This document shows positions 12,223 to 24,644 of a DNA stretch of 64,000 bases, piece after piece (the first letter of the stretch is position 1; every line of letters starts with the position of its first letter). The DNA is from Squalus acanthias (taxonomy: Eukaryota). Position numbers and translations under genes: made by a program. The stretch spans positions 58,964,001 to 59,028,000 of the forward strand of contig CM059432.1 in the NCBI GenBank assembly GCA_030390025.1. The letters are read 5' to 3'. The notes under the pieces were generated by a model. That model worked only from the letters and a program-made list of their open reading frames with translations, did no database searches and was not told the DNA's origin.

Positions 12223-13441
12223 TTATTGGAAGCGCTGTGTAATGAGGCGTTCACGAACGGCCCTTGCAGAAGCAACATTGAGTGGCTCCCTCCTACATTG
12301 GTGCTGCTCCTCCTCCTCTTCATCATCCTCCTCCACCTCCTCCTCCTCCGCCTTCTCTTTCTCCTGTCTTTCTTCCTCCTCCTGAGGTGGACCTCCAATC
12401 CCTGGTGGTAATGGCTGGGCCCTCAGAATGGCCAGGTTGTGCAGCATGCAGCACACGACAATGAAAACGGAGACTTGATCAGGGGAGTACTGCAGGGCTC
12501 CTCCACAGCGGTCAAGGCAGTGGAACCGTTGCTTTAGTACCCCGATAGTATGTTTGATAAGGTTCCTGGTGGCACTATGGCTAACACTGTATGCATGCTG
12601 AGCAGGAGTGTTGGGGTTGCGGAGGGGTGTCATCAGCCAGGTGGCGAGTGGATAACCCTTGTCTCCGAGCAGCCAGCCGCGAGCTTCATGTGGTGGTTGG
12701 AATAGTGCTGGGACACCAGTCTGTCGCAGGATGAATGCATCGTGGCTGCTGCCAGGATAGCGGGCATTGACGGTGAGGATACGCTGTCTGTGGTCACACA
12801 CCAATTGCATGTTCAGAGAGTGGTAGCCTTTGTGGTTACAGAACACCTCTGCATTGTGATGAAGTGCCCACAATGCCATGTGCGTGCAGTCAATTGCACC
12901 CTGAACCATGGGGAAGCCCGCTATCCTTACAAAGCCACATGAGCGTTCATGCTGTTTGTCTCTGGTCATGGGGAATGAGATGTACTCCCTTCTCCTTCTG
13001 TACAGAGCATCTGTGACCTCCCGGATGCAGCAATGGATGGCGAACTGTGAAATGTTTGCAATATCCCCTGTTGAAGCTTGGAAGCAGCTGCTGGTGTAGA
13101 AATTGAGAGCGACTGTGACCTTCACTGGCACTGAGAGAGACGTCCTGGGGGTCCTGAGGCTGGAGCTCTGGCTGCAGGAGGTGACAGAGCTCTGTGACCA
13201 CCTCCTTGCTGAAGCGGAGCCTTCTAAGGCACTGCTCCTCTGACAGATGAATGTAGGAGAACTGCTCCCGGAATACCCTGGGTGGGTAAGGTCTCCTGTT
13301 GAGAGCCCTGTTGGCCCTCCTCCCTCTGGCCACGTTTTCCAATCTTTCTCTCTGCCTCCGCTGCCTCTGACGGTGACGCTGGAGGGCGAGGTCCTGTGCC
13401 AGTACAGCCCCCGTTAAGTGTTGGAAATGTTGCAGTATCAA
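12223..13441 (-). pseudogene. HARBI1-like Harbinger transposase (DDE_Tnp_4 type), one frameshift near 13140
   Basis: GAIDCTH, KGYHSLNMQLVCD, YPGSSHD, LLGDKGY, VCCMLHN motifs; N-terminal half in a different frame (ORF 12947-13441). Confidence 0.92.
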
Positions 13442-13816
13442 AAGTAAGACAAATGAACCTGATAAATTTTTGTCAGGAGCAAAACTCCTTCAAGCAGGAA
13501 AACCTCAAATGGGTCAAATCGCCCGTCTGCTTCTGTCAAAGTGACAAGGCAGCATTGTTTGCCGACAAAAACAACAGGAAGTGCACGCCTTTAAATAGAG
13601 CTCCTGCAGCTCCCAGCCGACTGCAAACCGCCTCCTCTACCTGTCGTTCCTAACGGCAGGCACTGAGGCAGGGGGCACAAATCAATTTCCGGTCCGGGGT
13701 GCTACCGGGACAATGCGCGGCTGGATGACGTCACGATCTCTGTGCCATCGCAAACTGCCGGGTGAATTTTGCCGGCAGCGCTAACGGGAGGCGCTAACCA
13801 ACCAAATTTCTCCCCC

Positions 13817-14516
13817 TGGGTACCTTAGCACCTCCCGTTAGCACCTTCGGGGGCGCTAATGGGGCACAAACGACTTTTCGCCCAGGCGCGGCGCCACTAA
13901 TGACTCCCGCTAAATTCAGCGGGAGTGTAGCGGCGGCGGTAACCGGTAGTACCCCGCTCCACTGCGCAGGCGATGACAACGTCATCATCGTAAGCAGCGC
14001 CCTGTTTTTGCCCCGCCTGCAAAATTGGCCCACACCCCCTGAATTTGCGGCGGGCGATGACAGCGACCGATTCAGGCGGCAGGAACGGAGCGGCAGGAGG
14101 TTCGCGGGGCGCTAAGTAAAGGGGAGGTGGCGGGTGGGGAAAAAAATCGGCTGACTTACTTGTTGCGGCCCGTTGCGTCTTTGAACACGGGGTCCGTGCC
14201 GCGATCTGGCAGCCCGGCACTCCTCTTGTGTGCGGGGCTGCTGGCACAGCACCCCGCTCCCCGGTGGCACAGGTAGGGCCTCGCAGAGTTGTGGACTTGG
14301 ACCCTCCCCTTTAATGAGGAGAAGAGCCCTTCCATGCGACAGCGCCACGTGGCCCAGATATTCGGGATTAGCGCTCTGAAAAGGAAGTGGAGCGCTTGAA
14401 TTAGCGCTCCACCTCCCTCTTGAGGCGCTAAAACCGACTTACATGGTCGCCGGCCCTAATTAGCGCTGGGTGCCGATGTTAGCGCCCCAAAATGGTCGAT
14501 CCCGAATTTTCCCCCC
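13817..14516 (+). mobile_element. Harbinger MITE body; its first 13 bp lie at 9252-9264
   Basis: Collinear with the MITE at 36435-37157; ends gaattttcccccc; 9252-9264 gggctaaaaattg plus 13817 tgggtacc rebuilds the left TIR. Confidence 0.8.
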
Positions 14517-15254
14517 ATAATATCAATTTTGTGCAGAAGTCCTCCTGTCAAGGTTGACATTTGTTTGTTATTTTTATCCCTTTTCCTAATGTGAAGGCGT
14601 GTTTATGCACAATACACTGCACAGTATGCTGAAACACATCCTTTTTGAAAAGAAAGGTATTTCCCTTTAAGCAATGCATTTTGGGCACCGTTGTCATGGC
14701 AAATTGTTTTTGCTAAAGACTTTACAGATGTCCAGAAATGGGAATGCAGTGACAGCAGCCAGACAGTGATCACGCTGGCAATCATTTTGTCCATTAGCAA
14801 TTTACTATCTTTATCTTAAACTTCAATTCATATTATTAAATCTGACAGAGAAAACTGCACTGCAGCAGTTCTTGCTTTTACTGCAACACATATTTTCTAG
14901 TCTGGGACTGTTGGACCTCTGGGCTGGGGAGGGATGGTTCATGGCATGGGTATGCAGAGCAGCAATTTGTCATGCATCGCACATGAGGGTGAGATTTAAG
15001 TAAGAAAGGAACAAGGGATAGATGGTGTAAAACCCTGTGAGACTTGCCCTCGAGCCTCACCAAATGCCATGCTCCTGACGAGACAGCAACCCACGTGTCC
15101 ACATCTTGTTCTTCAACTGAGGACACACATGGATGAAGCGTGTTCCTCCTCCTGTGGCTTCCTGATCCTTGTTATTCTTTGCGAGCTTGCCCTACAAGAA
15201 ATTAGGGCGTGCATCAGTGTTAGAGTAATGACAAGTGTTGAGAATGTGCGGCCG

Positions 15255-17140
15255 TAATTTTAATCGGGAGGCGAGTTGGGAGCGGGGGCTCGGAAGCAGT
15301 TGGGAAACCCAGGAGAACAGGATTTGCATTTGAAACCCCTGGCCGTAATTTTCTGGGATGGTCAGCGGGTGGGATCAGTGGCGGGTCGGGTGGGACATTT
15401 GATTTTTTTGACAGCGGGTCGGGACCCCGCTGTCAACCCGCCACAAGTCGCGCTTTCCCAATATCGGGTCTGCCAGCGCTGAGCAGACCCAACAGGCAGC
15501 GGCAGGCAACCCAATTAAACTCATTACCATCTAGTTGACAGATCATTAACAGGTTTTTTTAACTTACTTTTTCACTTTATATTCATGGCCACGGGAACAT
15601 CGGGGGCCGGGGATGATCAGGGTGGGGGGGTGAGGGAGAGAACATTGACGGCCTGGAGAACGATTGGAGCATAGGGTGAGGGAGAGAATATCGCCGGACT
15701 GGAGAATTTATTGTGTATTCCCTTGCCTTGTTAGCCCTCCCCAAATGAATTACCTCACACTTCTCCAGATTGAATTCCATTTGCCACTTTTCTGCCCACC
15801 CGACCAGTCCATTGATATCTTCTTGCAGTCTGCAGCTTTCTTCCTCACTATCAACCACATGGTCAATTTTTGTATCATCTGCAAACTTCTTAATCATGTC
15901 CCCTACATTGAAGTCTAAATCATTGATATATACCACAAAAAGCAAGAAACCTAGTACTGAGCCCTGCGAAAACCCCACTGGAAACAGCCTTCCAGTCACA
16001 AAAACACCCGTCGACTGTTACCCTTTGCTTCCTGCCACTGAGCAAATTTTGGATCCAACTTGCCACTTTCGCTTGGATCCCATTGGCTTTTACTTTTCTG
16101 ACCAGTCTGCCATGTGGGACCTTGTCAAAAATCTTGCTAAAATCCATGTAGACTACATCAAATATGCTACCCTCATTGACCCTCCTTGTTACCTCTCAAA
16201 AAATTCAGTCAAGTTAGTCAGACATGATCTTCCCTTAACAAATCCATGCTGACTGTCCTTGATTAATCTGTGTCTTTTTAAATGACAATTAATATTGTCC
16301 CTCAGAACTTTTTCCTATAATTTACCCACCACCGAGGTTAGGCTGACTGGCCTGTAATTGCTTGGTCTATCCCTTTCTCCCTTTTTAAACAACAGTACAA
16401 CATTAGCATTCCTCCAGTCTTCCAGCACCACATCTGTAGCCAGAGAGGATTGGAAAATGAAGGTCAGAGCCTCTGCTTCTTCCTCCCTTGCTTCTCTTAA
16501 TAGCCTGGGATACATTTCATCGAGGCCTGGCGATTTATCTAATTTCAAAGATGCAAAACCCCTTAATACTTCCTCTCTCACTATGTTTATCTCATCTAAT
16601 ATTTCACACTCCTCCTCCTGAACTACAATGTCTGCATCGCCGCTCTCTTCTGTGAAGACAGACGCAAAGTATTCATTAAGAACCATACTCACGTCTTCCG
16701 ACTCCACACACAGGTTACCTTTTTGGTCTCTAATAGGCCCTACTGTTTCTTTAGTTAGCCTCTTGCTATTTATATAGTTATAAAACATCTTTGGGTTTTC
16801 CTTGATTTTACTTGCAAAACATCTTTGGAGTAGGCCACTCCAACGCAGTTTCAAAAAAAATGGCCCCTTTCAGCTTCTACTGAGCCTGCCATTATGGGCA
16901 ATCTTCAATGACAGTTGCTTGTAACCTCCCCTTTAAGAGTACAGGTTACCTTTAAATGGCATTAGCCGTTAGGCGACCTACTAATGAATAGCGTGAGTAT
17001 TGTTGGCAGCACGCTTATTGTACTTATATTTATTAGGAGCATCTATTTAGGGCATTAGTTGTATCCACATGATGGGATGTATGCTCCAAGCACGGCGCCC
17101 ATTCTGCGCCCAAAAATGGGCTTAAACCAATTTCTAGCAC
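15255..17140. mobile_element. MITE-like element(s) interrupted by a minus-strand CR1 RT fragment (~15700-16830)
   Basis: ggccgtaatttt start and aatttctagcac end; CR1 motifs NYRPVSLTSVVGK, DFSKIFDKVPH, KFADDTK. Confidence 0.7.
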
Positions 17141-18399
17141 ATTGTGTCTGGTCTTTCTTGCAACTGAGGCTACCCAACAGTTTCCGTGTAAAATGGTTAA
17201 ATAGGCGCCTGTGTTTTTATATACACTGCGGCACTGTTTCCACTTAATTCTTACTATTCCACTTGGTTTCTCTTTTCAAAATGGTGCCAACTGCATTGTC
17301 GATGTTAACATTTTGAGGCCATTATCACCCCGTTAATGCCAGGTGGCACAAGTTAAAATCAGACCCCTTAAAAGTACAAAAAAGCTGTCAAGTGCTAGAT
17401 GCCATTAAGTAAAGTGTGTTCCAAGCAGTCCAAGAACAAAACAGCATGTTACCTGGTAAAGAATAATCAGAGCATATTTTCACCATGCTGAAAATGTGAA
17501 TGCCAGTACAGTGCACACTGCCCATGAGCTGACACCTAGACACATACAAACCTACATGGCTCACTATTATACAATCCTGATTTGAAAGGAGTTCCATAGT
17601 GGAGACCTCCTATGGTACTCACAGAAAGTGTTTGTAGTGATGCAGCTGACTTGCACGCTGTTATAATAGTCCAATTGTTTTTACTGCCAAATGGCGATGC
17701 TTGGTCAAGTTGTTATTAAAAATATTATTTGCAAGGCGTACCAATAATCCAATACTGGAGGACCTCCACTTACCCAGCTAATTGCTTGACTGTCCCTTGC
17801 ATGTGCACGTTAGTGAGTCTAGTCGCTTTTTGGACATAGGAACAGGAGAAGGCCATTCAACCCCTCGAGCCTTTTAAAAGCATAAGAATTTGGAGCAGGA
17901 GTAGGCCATACGGCCCTTCAAGCCTGCTCCGCCATTAAGTAAGATCATGGCTGATCTACAACCTCAACTCCATTTTCCTGCCCGATCCCCATATGCCTTG
18001 ATTCCCCTAGAATCCAAAAATCTATCTATCTCAGCCTTGAATACACTCAATGGGGTAGAGAATTTCAAAGATTCACAACCCTCTGAGTGAAGAAATTCCT
18101 CCTCATCTCAGTCTTAAATGGCCAACCCCTTATCTTGAGTCTATGCCCCCCAGTTCTACACTCTCCAGCCAGGGGAAGCAACCTCTCAGCATCTACCCTG
18201 TCAATCCCCCATTCAGTGAGATCATGGCTGTACCCTAACTCCATCCACCCGCATTGGCTCCATACCTTTATACCCAGGTGGGATTCTGGTAGCATCCACT
18301 GGGTTTCGTCGCTACTGAACCAATATTCATAAATTAAGCTGGATGGGGAAGGGTGGGCCTAAGAAGTGTCACTACCTCAACAGGTGCCTCTGTTATGTC

Positions 18400-19260
18400 A
18401 CTATTGGCATCGGCAGTCACTCCAAATATTAACATGACCCTGTTCCTGGGATTCAGGACAGGGTTGGCACCCGGGCAAAGTGGCAGAAGTCCTGCCTGGA
18501 GGAGGAAGTGCTCAACATCGTGGGCAGGGTGCGCATCAGGACTGTGGCAACTGGCGAAGCTGGAGCACACGTACTGCATCTTCCCCTCTTTTTCTCTTCT
18601 CACTGCAATCTGACACTAAACACTATGCTTGACAAAATGCAGCTGCTTTGAGCAGCCATTCATCTGTCTCTGCCACTAACTGCTATCCATTGTCCCTCTT
18701 TTCCATTTCAGATTCATAAGCTCAACAGTGCCCTGTGGAAACAGAGCAATAATAGGGCTGCATACATTAAGATGAAGCCTCACTGGACTGAACCCTTGCA
18801 GGCACCAGCTCAGAGACTGGCACCTTGCGTAGATTAGGGGACAGACTAGAGGGTTCTGCACTGGGAGATACACAGAGCACTAGTGAACAGGAGCAAGGGC
18901 AAGAGGATTACATAGCCCAGGAAGCAGCTCACCAGAGGGACAGCTCGGTTCCTAGCCCTGCTGCAGAGGGCACAGATGAATACTTTGAGGGCCCAGCCTA
19001 TAAAAGAAGACTCATGGATATACACCAGGACCTTCTAAGTGCACTGGACTGCCTGCCAGTGAGCCTGCGCACCATACAAAGTACATGGAGGAGTCCAGCT
19101 CCAACTTGTGTAGGGTCTTTGCGCAGAGTACCAAAACAGTGTAGAAAACCATGGAACAAGTGGTCAGCTCTATCAGCACTGCAGGGGGCTCCACAACAAT
19201 GGAGCATCTGATGACAGCTCTGACAGCTTCGCTGGGAGCGCAGACTGTTTGGAAATTGAT
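18400..19260 (+). mobile_element. degenerate Harbinger Myb-partner gene remnant
   Basis: AAEGTDEYFEGPAYKRRLMDIHQDLLSALDCLP is similar to ORFs 335-667 and 10493-10999. Confidence 0.65.
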
Positions 19261-20674
19261 TGTTAAAACTACCATCTCTCGCATTCAACAGCTTTCACAG
19301 CCACTTTGAGATCTTAAGATTTAGAGCATTTTACATTGAAAAATCATTTTTGGTTTGCATTTTCTTCCATAACTGTTGAAGAGCCTACTCAGAAGAATCA
19401 TTGTAATGTCCATTACTAGGTATTGTGTGGCATTGTAATAATAAAGCTTTATTACATACACCTGAGCAAAAAGCACAATAGCGGGTAGAAATGTGATCTG
19501 TTAGCTCAACCATTTATCGCAAAAATTTCCACAGATGCGATTTTGTTTCTTACAGGCTTTGATAGGGAAAGCTGCAGTTGTACAATGTGAATAATGGGTC
19601 AAAGTACAATTACATTCTGGTACTTTTACAAATCCATTCAAAGACTGGACAGAAAGCTCTCAGATATCTATGGCAGGCCTGCAGCAAGTTTCAAATGAAG
19701 TCCAAGAATCACGTGTTGCAGCCATCCCTTGGGAGAATTACAAAGCAGAGACTGTCGAAGGCTGTACTGGAAGACAAGTCTGACTTACCTCTGGTACTTT
19801 ACAAATCATTCAAGGTCTTCTCCAAATGGCTCAGTTGAAAAGGCACTACCAAGTATGGAACTGAGCCCAGAGGGTTCCAGGTTCAGTTCCCAGTCTGTGC
19901 TGAGTTAGATTATCTTAGCCATAGTGGCAATAGGTGTATTACAATTGCGCTGCTCACATCTAGTTTAGAAAGGAGAAAGGAAATTAGCCAGTCTTCCTAT
20001 TCCTGATCATTATCCGATGAGCCCTGCTGAAAAGTTTGTGTGTGTGTCAATATTGGGTGAAGACAGGCTCTGGCATGAGTATGATAACGTTAGATTCCCT
20101 ATTCCTTCAGTTTGTGGTCTCTTGCCGGCATTTAACCTCCTCAGCCGCCTGTCAGAACATTCCCATCCCCTTCAAAAAACAATAATATTTTCTAATTGTA
20201 GTGGGATCATCCAGGGCACAAAAAGAAATGTGGTGAGGGTATTTCTTTCCGTTGCCTGTTATTCTGCACTGCGTCCTCACCACAGTGACACAGCTCCCAG
20301 AACAATAATGTATCTAATCACACAGTGATCTGATTAGTCATTGCTATCCACTACGATATGCCAGAAATGACCCCTTTGACCTCTAGAAAGGTACTCATGA
20401 AACTTACATTTGCAAATCTGGATGGAAATTACATCAAAGATGAATAAATCTGGGCAGAAGCTAAGCTTCACTGGGAAGTAGCTTTTGATTGGAAAGGTCA
20501 GCTCCTGAACACAGCTCTGTTAACAGTAAAGAACCACTGAATTCCCAGTCCAGAGGGAGGCTGCAACACAACTACAATATCTAAATTAAATGAACATGAC
20601 TGAATTCACACACAAGGCTGATATTGAAAGGGTCATTAAGGAAAAAATGGGCCTTCAATAAATACATTTGTAAA

Positions 20675-23600
20675 GAACGTAAGAGTTAGGAGCAGGAGTA
20701 GGCCATACAGTCCCTCGAGCCTGCTCCGCCATTCAATAAGATCATGGCTGATCTTCGACCTCAACTCCATTTTCCTGCCTGATCTCCCTATCCCTTGATT
20801 GCGCTAGAGTCCAAAGGTCTATCTCAGCCTTGAATATACTCAATGATTCAGTATCCACAGCCCTTTGGGGTAGAGAATTCCAAAGATTTACAACCCTCGA
20901 GTGAAGAAATTCTTCCTCATCTCAGTTTTGAATGGCAGACCCCTTATTCTGAGACTATGCCCCCTAGTTCTAGACTCACCAGCCAGGGGAAACAACTTCT
21001 CCGCATCTACCCTGTCAATCACGTCCAGGTGATTTGTCAGCTTTTAGTTCCATTAGTTTCTACAGTACTTTTTCTCTACTGATATTAATGACTTTAAGTT
21101 CCTCACTCTCAATAGTGCCTTGGTTCCCCACTATTTTTGGTATGCTTTTTGTGTCTTCTACTGTGAAGACAGATACAAAATATTTGTTTAAAGTCTCTGC
21201 CATTTCCTTATTCCCCATTATAGTTTCTCCTGTCTCAGCCTCTATGGGACCAAATTGCTACGCTCTTCCTTTTTACATACTTGTAGAAGCTCTTACAATC
21301 TGTTTTTATATTTCTTGCTAGTTTACTCTCATATTCTCATATTCTATTTTTTGGTCATCCTTTGCGGGTTTCTAAAGCTTTCCCAATCCTCAGGCTTACT
21401 ACTATTCTTCGCAACATTATAAACCTCTTCTTTTAATCTAATATTATCCTTAACTTCTTTAGTGAGCCACATATGGATCACTTTTCCCGTGGAGTTTTTA
21501 TTTCTCAATGGAATGTATATTCATTGAGAATTTTAAATGTTTGCCACTGCTTATCTATCGTCATACCTTTTAATCTAATTTCCCAATCTCACCCCTCATA
21601 ATTCACTTTATTTAGGTTTAAGACTCTAGTTTCATACTTAAGTATTTCACTCTGAAACTCAATGTGAAATTCTATCTTATGATCTCTCTTCGCCAGAGGA
21701 TTCTTTACTATGAGCTTACTAATGAATCCATCTCATTACACAATACAAGATCTAAAATAGCCTGTTCCCTGGTTGGTTTCACGACATATTGTTCTAGGAA
21801 ACTGTCTCGAATTCATTCCATGAACTCGTCCTCCAGACTACCTTTGCCAATTTGATTTGCCCAATCTATATGAAGATTAAAGTCCCCCATAATTATTGTA
21901 TTACCTTTGCTACAAGCTCCTATTATTTGTTGAGTAATGGTATAGCTACTGTTAGGGGGCCTGTAAGCTACTCCCAGCAGTGTTTTCTGCCCCTTGTTAT
22001 TTCTTATCGCCACCCATACTGATTCTACTTCCTAATCTTCTGAGCCAAGATCCTTACTCACTGCTGTCCTTATGTCATCCTTTATTATCAGGGCTACCCA
22101 CTGTCCTTTTCCATTCTGCCTATCTTTTCAAAATGTCAAGCACCCTGGAATATTTAGTTCCCAATCTTGGTCACCCTGCAACCACATCCTTGTAATGGCT
22201 AATAGATCAAGCCCATTTTTCTCTATTTGTGTCACTAATTCATCTATCTTGTTATGAATGCTTCATGCAATCAGATAAAGAGCTGCTAATTTTAACCTTT
22301 TACCATATTCCCTGCTTTCACCTTATTCGCTGATGCACTATTCCCATTAAACTCTCTGTCCCTTCCTGTAACACTATGATTATATTTACCCAAATTGCTA
22401 CACTGCTCCATTGCTCTAACTTCTCTCTTTATATTTCTGAATTTCCCCTCACCTGACCCCTCCCCCCATCCATTTTTAGTTTAAAGCCCTGTCTACAGCC
22501 CTAGTTATTCACTTCGCCAGGACACAGGTCCCAGCCCGTCGAGCCCGTCCCAATGGAACAGCTCCCTCTTTCCCCAGTATTAGTGCCAGTGCCCCATGAA
22601 TCAAAGCCATTATCTCCCACACCACTCTTTGAGCAACGCATGTAACTCTCTGATCTGCTTGTCCCTATGTCAATTTGCATGTGGCTCAGGTAACAATCCA
22701 GAGATTATTACCTGTGAGGTTCTGCATTTCAATTTGGACCCTAGCTCCTCAAACTCTCTCAGCCAGAACCACATTCCTAGTTTTATCTATGCCGTTGGTT
22801 CCTACGTGGACCACGACAACCCTCCCACTCCCAATTCATCTCCAGCCGCGAGGAGATGTCTTTAACCCTGTCACCGGCCAGGCAACACAGCCTTCAGAAC
22901 TCCCAGTTACGGCTGCAGGGAACAGTATCTATTCCCCTGACTATACTGTCCCCTACCACAACAACATTCCTTTTCACTCCTCCTACTTGAATGGCCTCCT
23001 GTACCATGGTGCCATGTTCAGTTTGCTCATCAACTTTGCAGACTATGTTCTCATCCAAACAGGCAGGTAGAACCTCATGCCTGTTGGATAAGGGCAAAGG
23101 CTGAGGCTCCTCCAGCAAAGCACCTGGGGTCCTCTTACCTACCTGAGTTGCAGTCACACCCTCCTGTCCCTGACCACTAACCAGACCTGGACCACTACCT
23201 AACCTAAGGGGTGTGACTGCCTCCTGAATTAAAGTGTCTAGGTAACTCTCCCCCTCCCTGATGCCCCGCAATGTCTGCACCTCAGACTCCAGCTCAACAA
23301 CTCTGAGTTGAAGTTCCTCGAGATGCAGACACTTACTGCAGACGTGGTTGTCCGGGTTCGCGATGCTCTCCTCAAACTCCCACATGCTGCAGTTGAGGCA
23401 CACCAGCTGCACTGCCATCCCTATATAACCTTGCTTTATTTATTTAATTAATTAAAGTTTATGTATTTAATTAACTTAGCTTATAGTTTAGTTTTTTTAA
23501 CTAATTACTAGATCTAGTTTAAGTTATATGTAGATTAAATTAACTATTTACCTGTAACACAAACCACTACAAGTATTGGAGGCAAAAAGCAGCACCTCCT

Positions 23601-23820
23601 TCCCCCTCTGCTCCGAATTCCCACTCTCTCCAAATTCCCAACTTTAACACTCTGTTTAGAAGCACTCCATTTAAGACCACTCTGTGCAGACCACTCTCAG
23701 CCTCTCTCACTGGTGTTTCTATTCTAGTAAACACACTGCCTGGGATTATATTCCTTCTTAGCTCTTTGTGCTGGCAAGCATCCTCTCTGTGAGCTGCTGT
23801 TGTACCAGGAGACAACAGGC
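20675..23820 (-). mobile_element. CR1 LINE with 5' end (ORF1 zinc finger/leucine zipper/SGNH esterase, APE fragment), RT region deleted, 3' end at ~20675-21015
   Basis: ORF1 CLNC..CSKC, LEELQLRVVELE, VVVVGDSIVRG; endonuclease GVAYRPPN, IMGDFN. Confidence 0.88.
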
Positions 23821-24644
23821 AAAGGCTGCTGCACCCATGTTATGGGAATGAAAACAATGCGACATTATGACTCTGCTATTGTTCTTTTGAAACTATAAAT
23901 CTTTCCCTTCCTTTGTACAAATAACTCACATAATTCATCATAACTCACATACCGATCAGCCACGATCTTATTGAATGGCGGAGCAGGCTCGAGGGGCCAA
24001 ATGGCCTACTCCTGCTCCTATTTCTTATGTTCTTATAATTGAGTAATGAACACAGCTTCCATATTTATCACCCTCTGAACAAAACTGTATAAATATATTT
24101 TGATTGCCTTTTAAGGATTGAAACCATTAACAAACCTTAACAAGCAATTTTTCTTTTTATGGGCTAACTATCATAAACATATATTAGCATGTGAATAAAA
24201 CTTGTGCATTGTTAACACAGGATGAAAATAAGTTACCACTTTCTATCAGTTTTGCTTACCTGTTTCCACAAACCTACTTTTGTTAAATTTTACACACAGA
24301 GGAAATATAGCCCCTTTGTCACTAGCATTTAATTGAAGTAAATACATTCCCTTTTATTGGATTATTATACTCCTCTGTACTTTGCATACCATCAATGAAT
24401 ATGGAAAAGAGCCATTTACTATCATTCATTTTTAATTGTCCCTACTCTAAATCGCATCACTGTTTTAAGAACATAAGAATATAAGAAAAAGGAGCAGGAG
24501 TAGGCCATACGGCCCTCGAGCCTGCTGTGCCATTCAATAAGATCATGGCTGATGATCTACCTCAAAACCACTTCTGGGCCTATCCCCATATCCCTTGATT
24601 CTTTTAGTGTCCAAAAATCTATCGATCTTAGTCTTGAATATACT

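Larger units (their letters stand above)
9265..13816. mobile_element. near-full-length autonomous-type PIF/Harbinger DNA transposon (decayed)
   Basis: TIRs GGGGGTGAAATTC (9265) and CAAATTTCTCCCCC (to 13816); two convergent genes, Myb-like on + and DDE transposase on -. Confidence 0.9.

Noticed and set aside
12223..13131. Host HARBI1 gene
   Set aside because: Frameshifted, catalytic E lost, flanked by TIRs and paired with a Myb pseudogene, so it is a transposon copy
9265..14516. A single 5.25-kb element with long TIRs
   Set aside because: A proper right TIR ends at 13816, and the remainder matches the independent MITE at 36435; nesting explains it better
14603..14800. MIASVITVWLLSLHS as the OC90 signal peptide
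   Set aside because: Weak donor and no downstream OC90-like exons found
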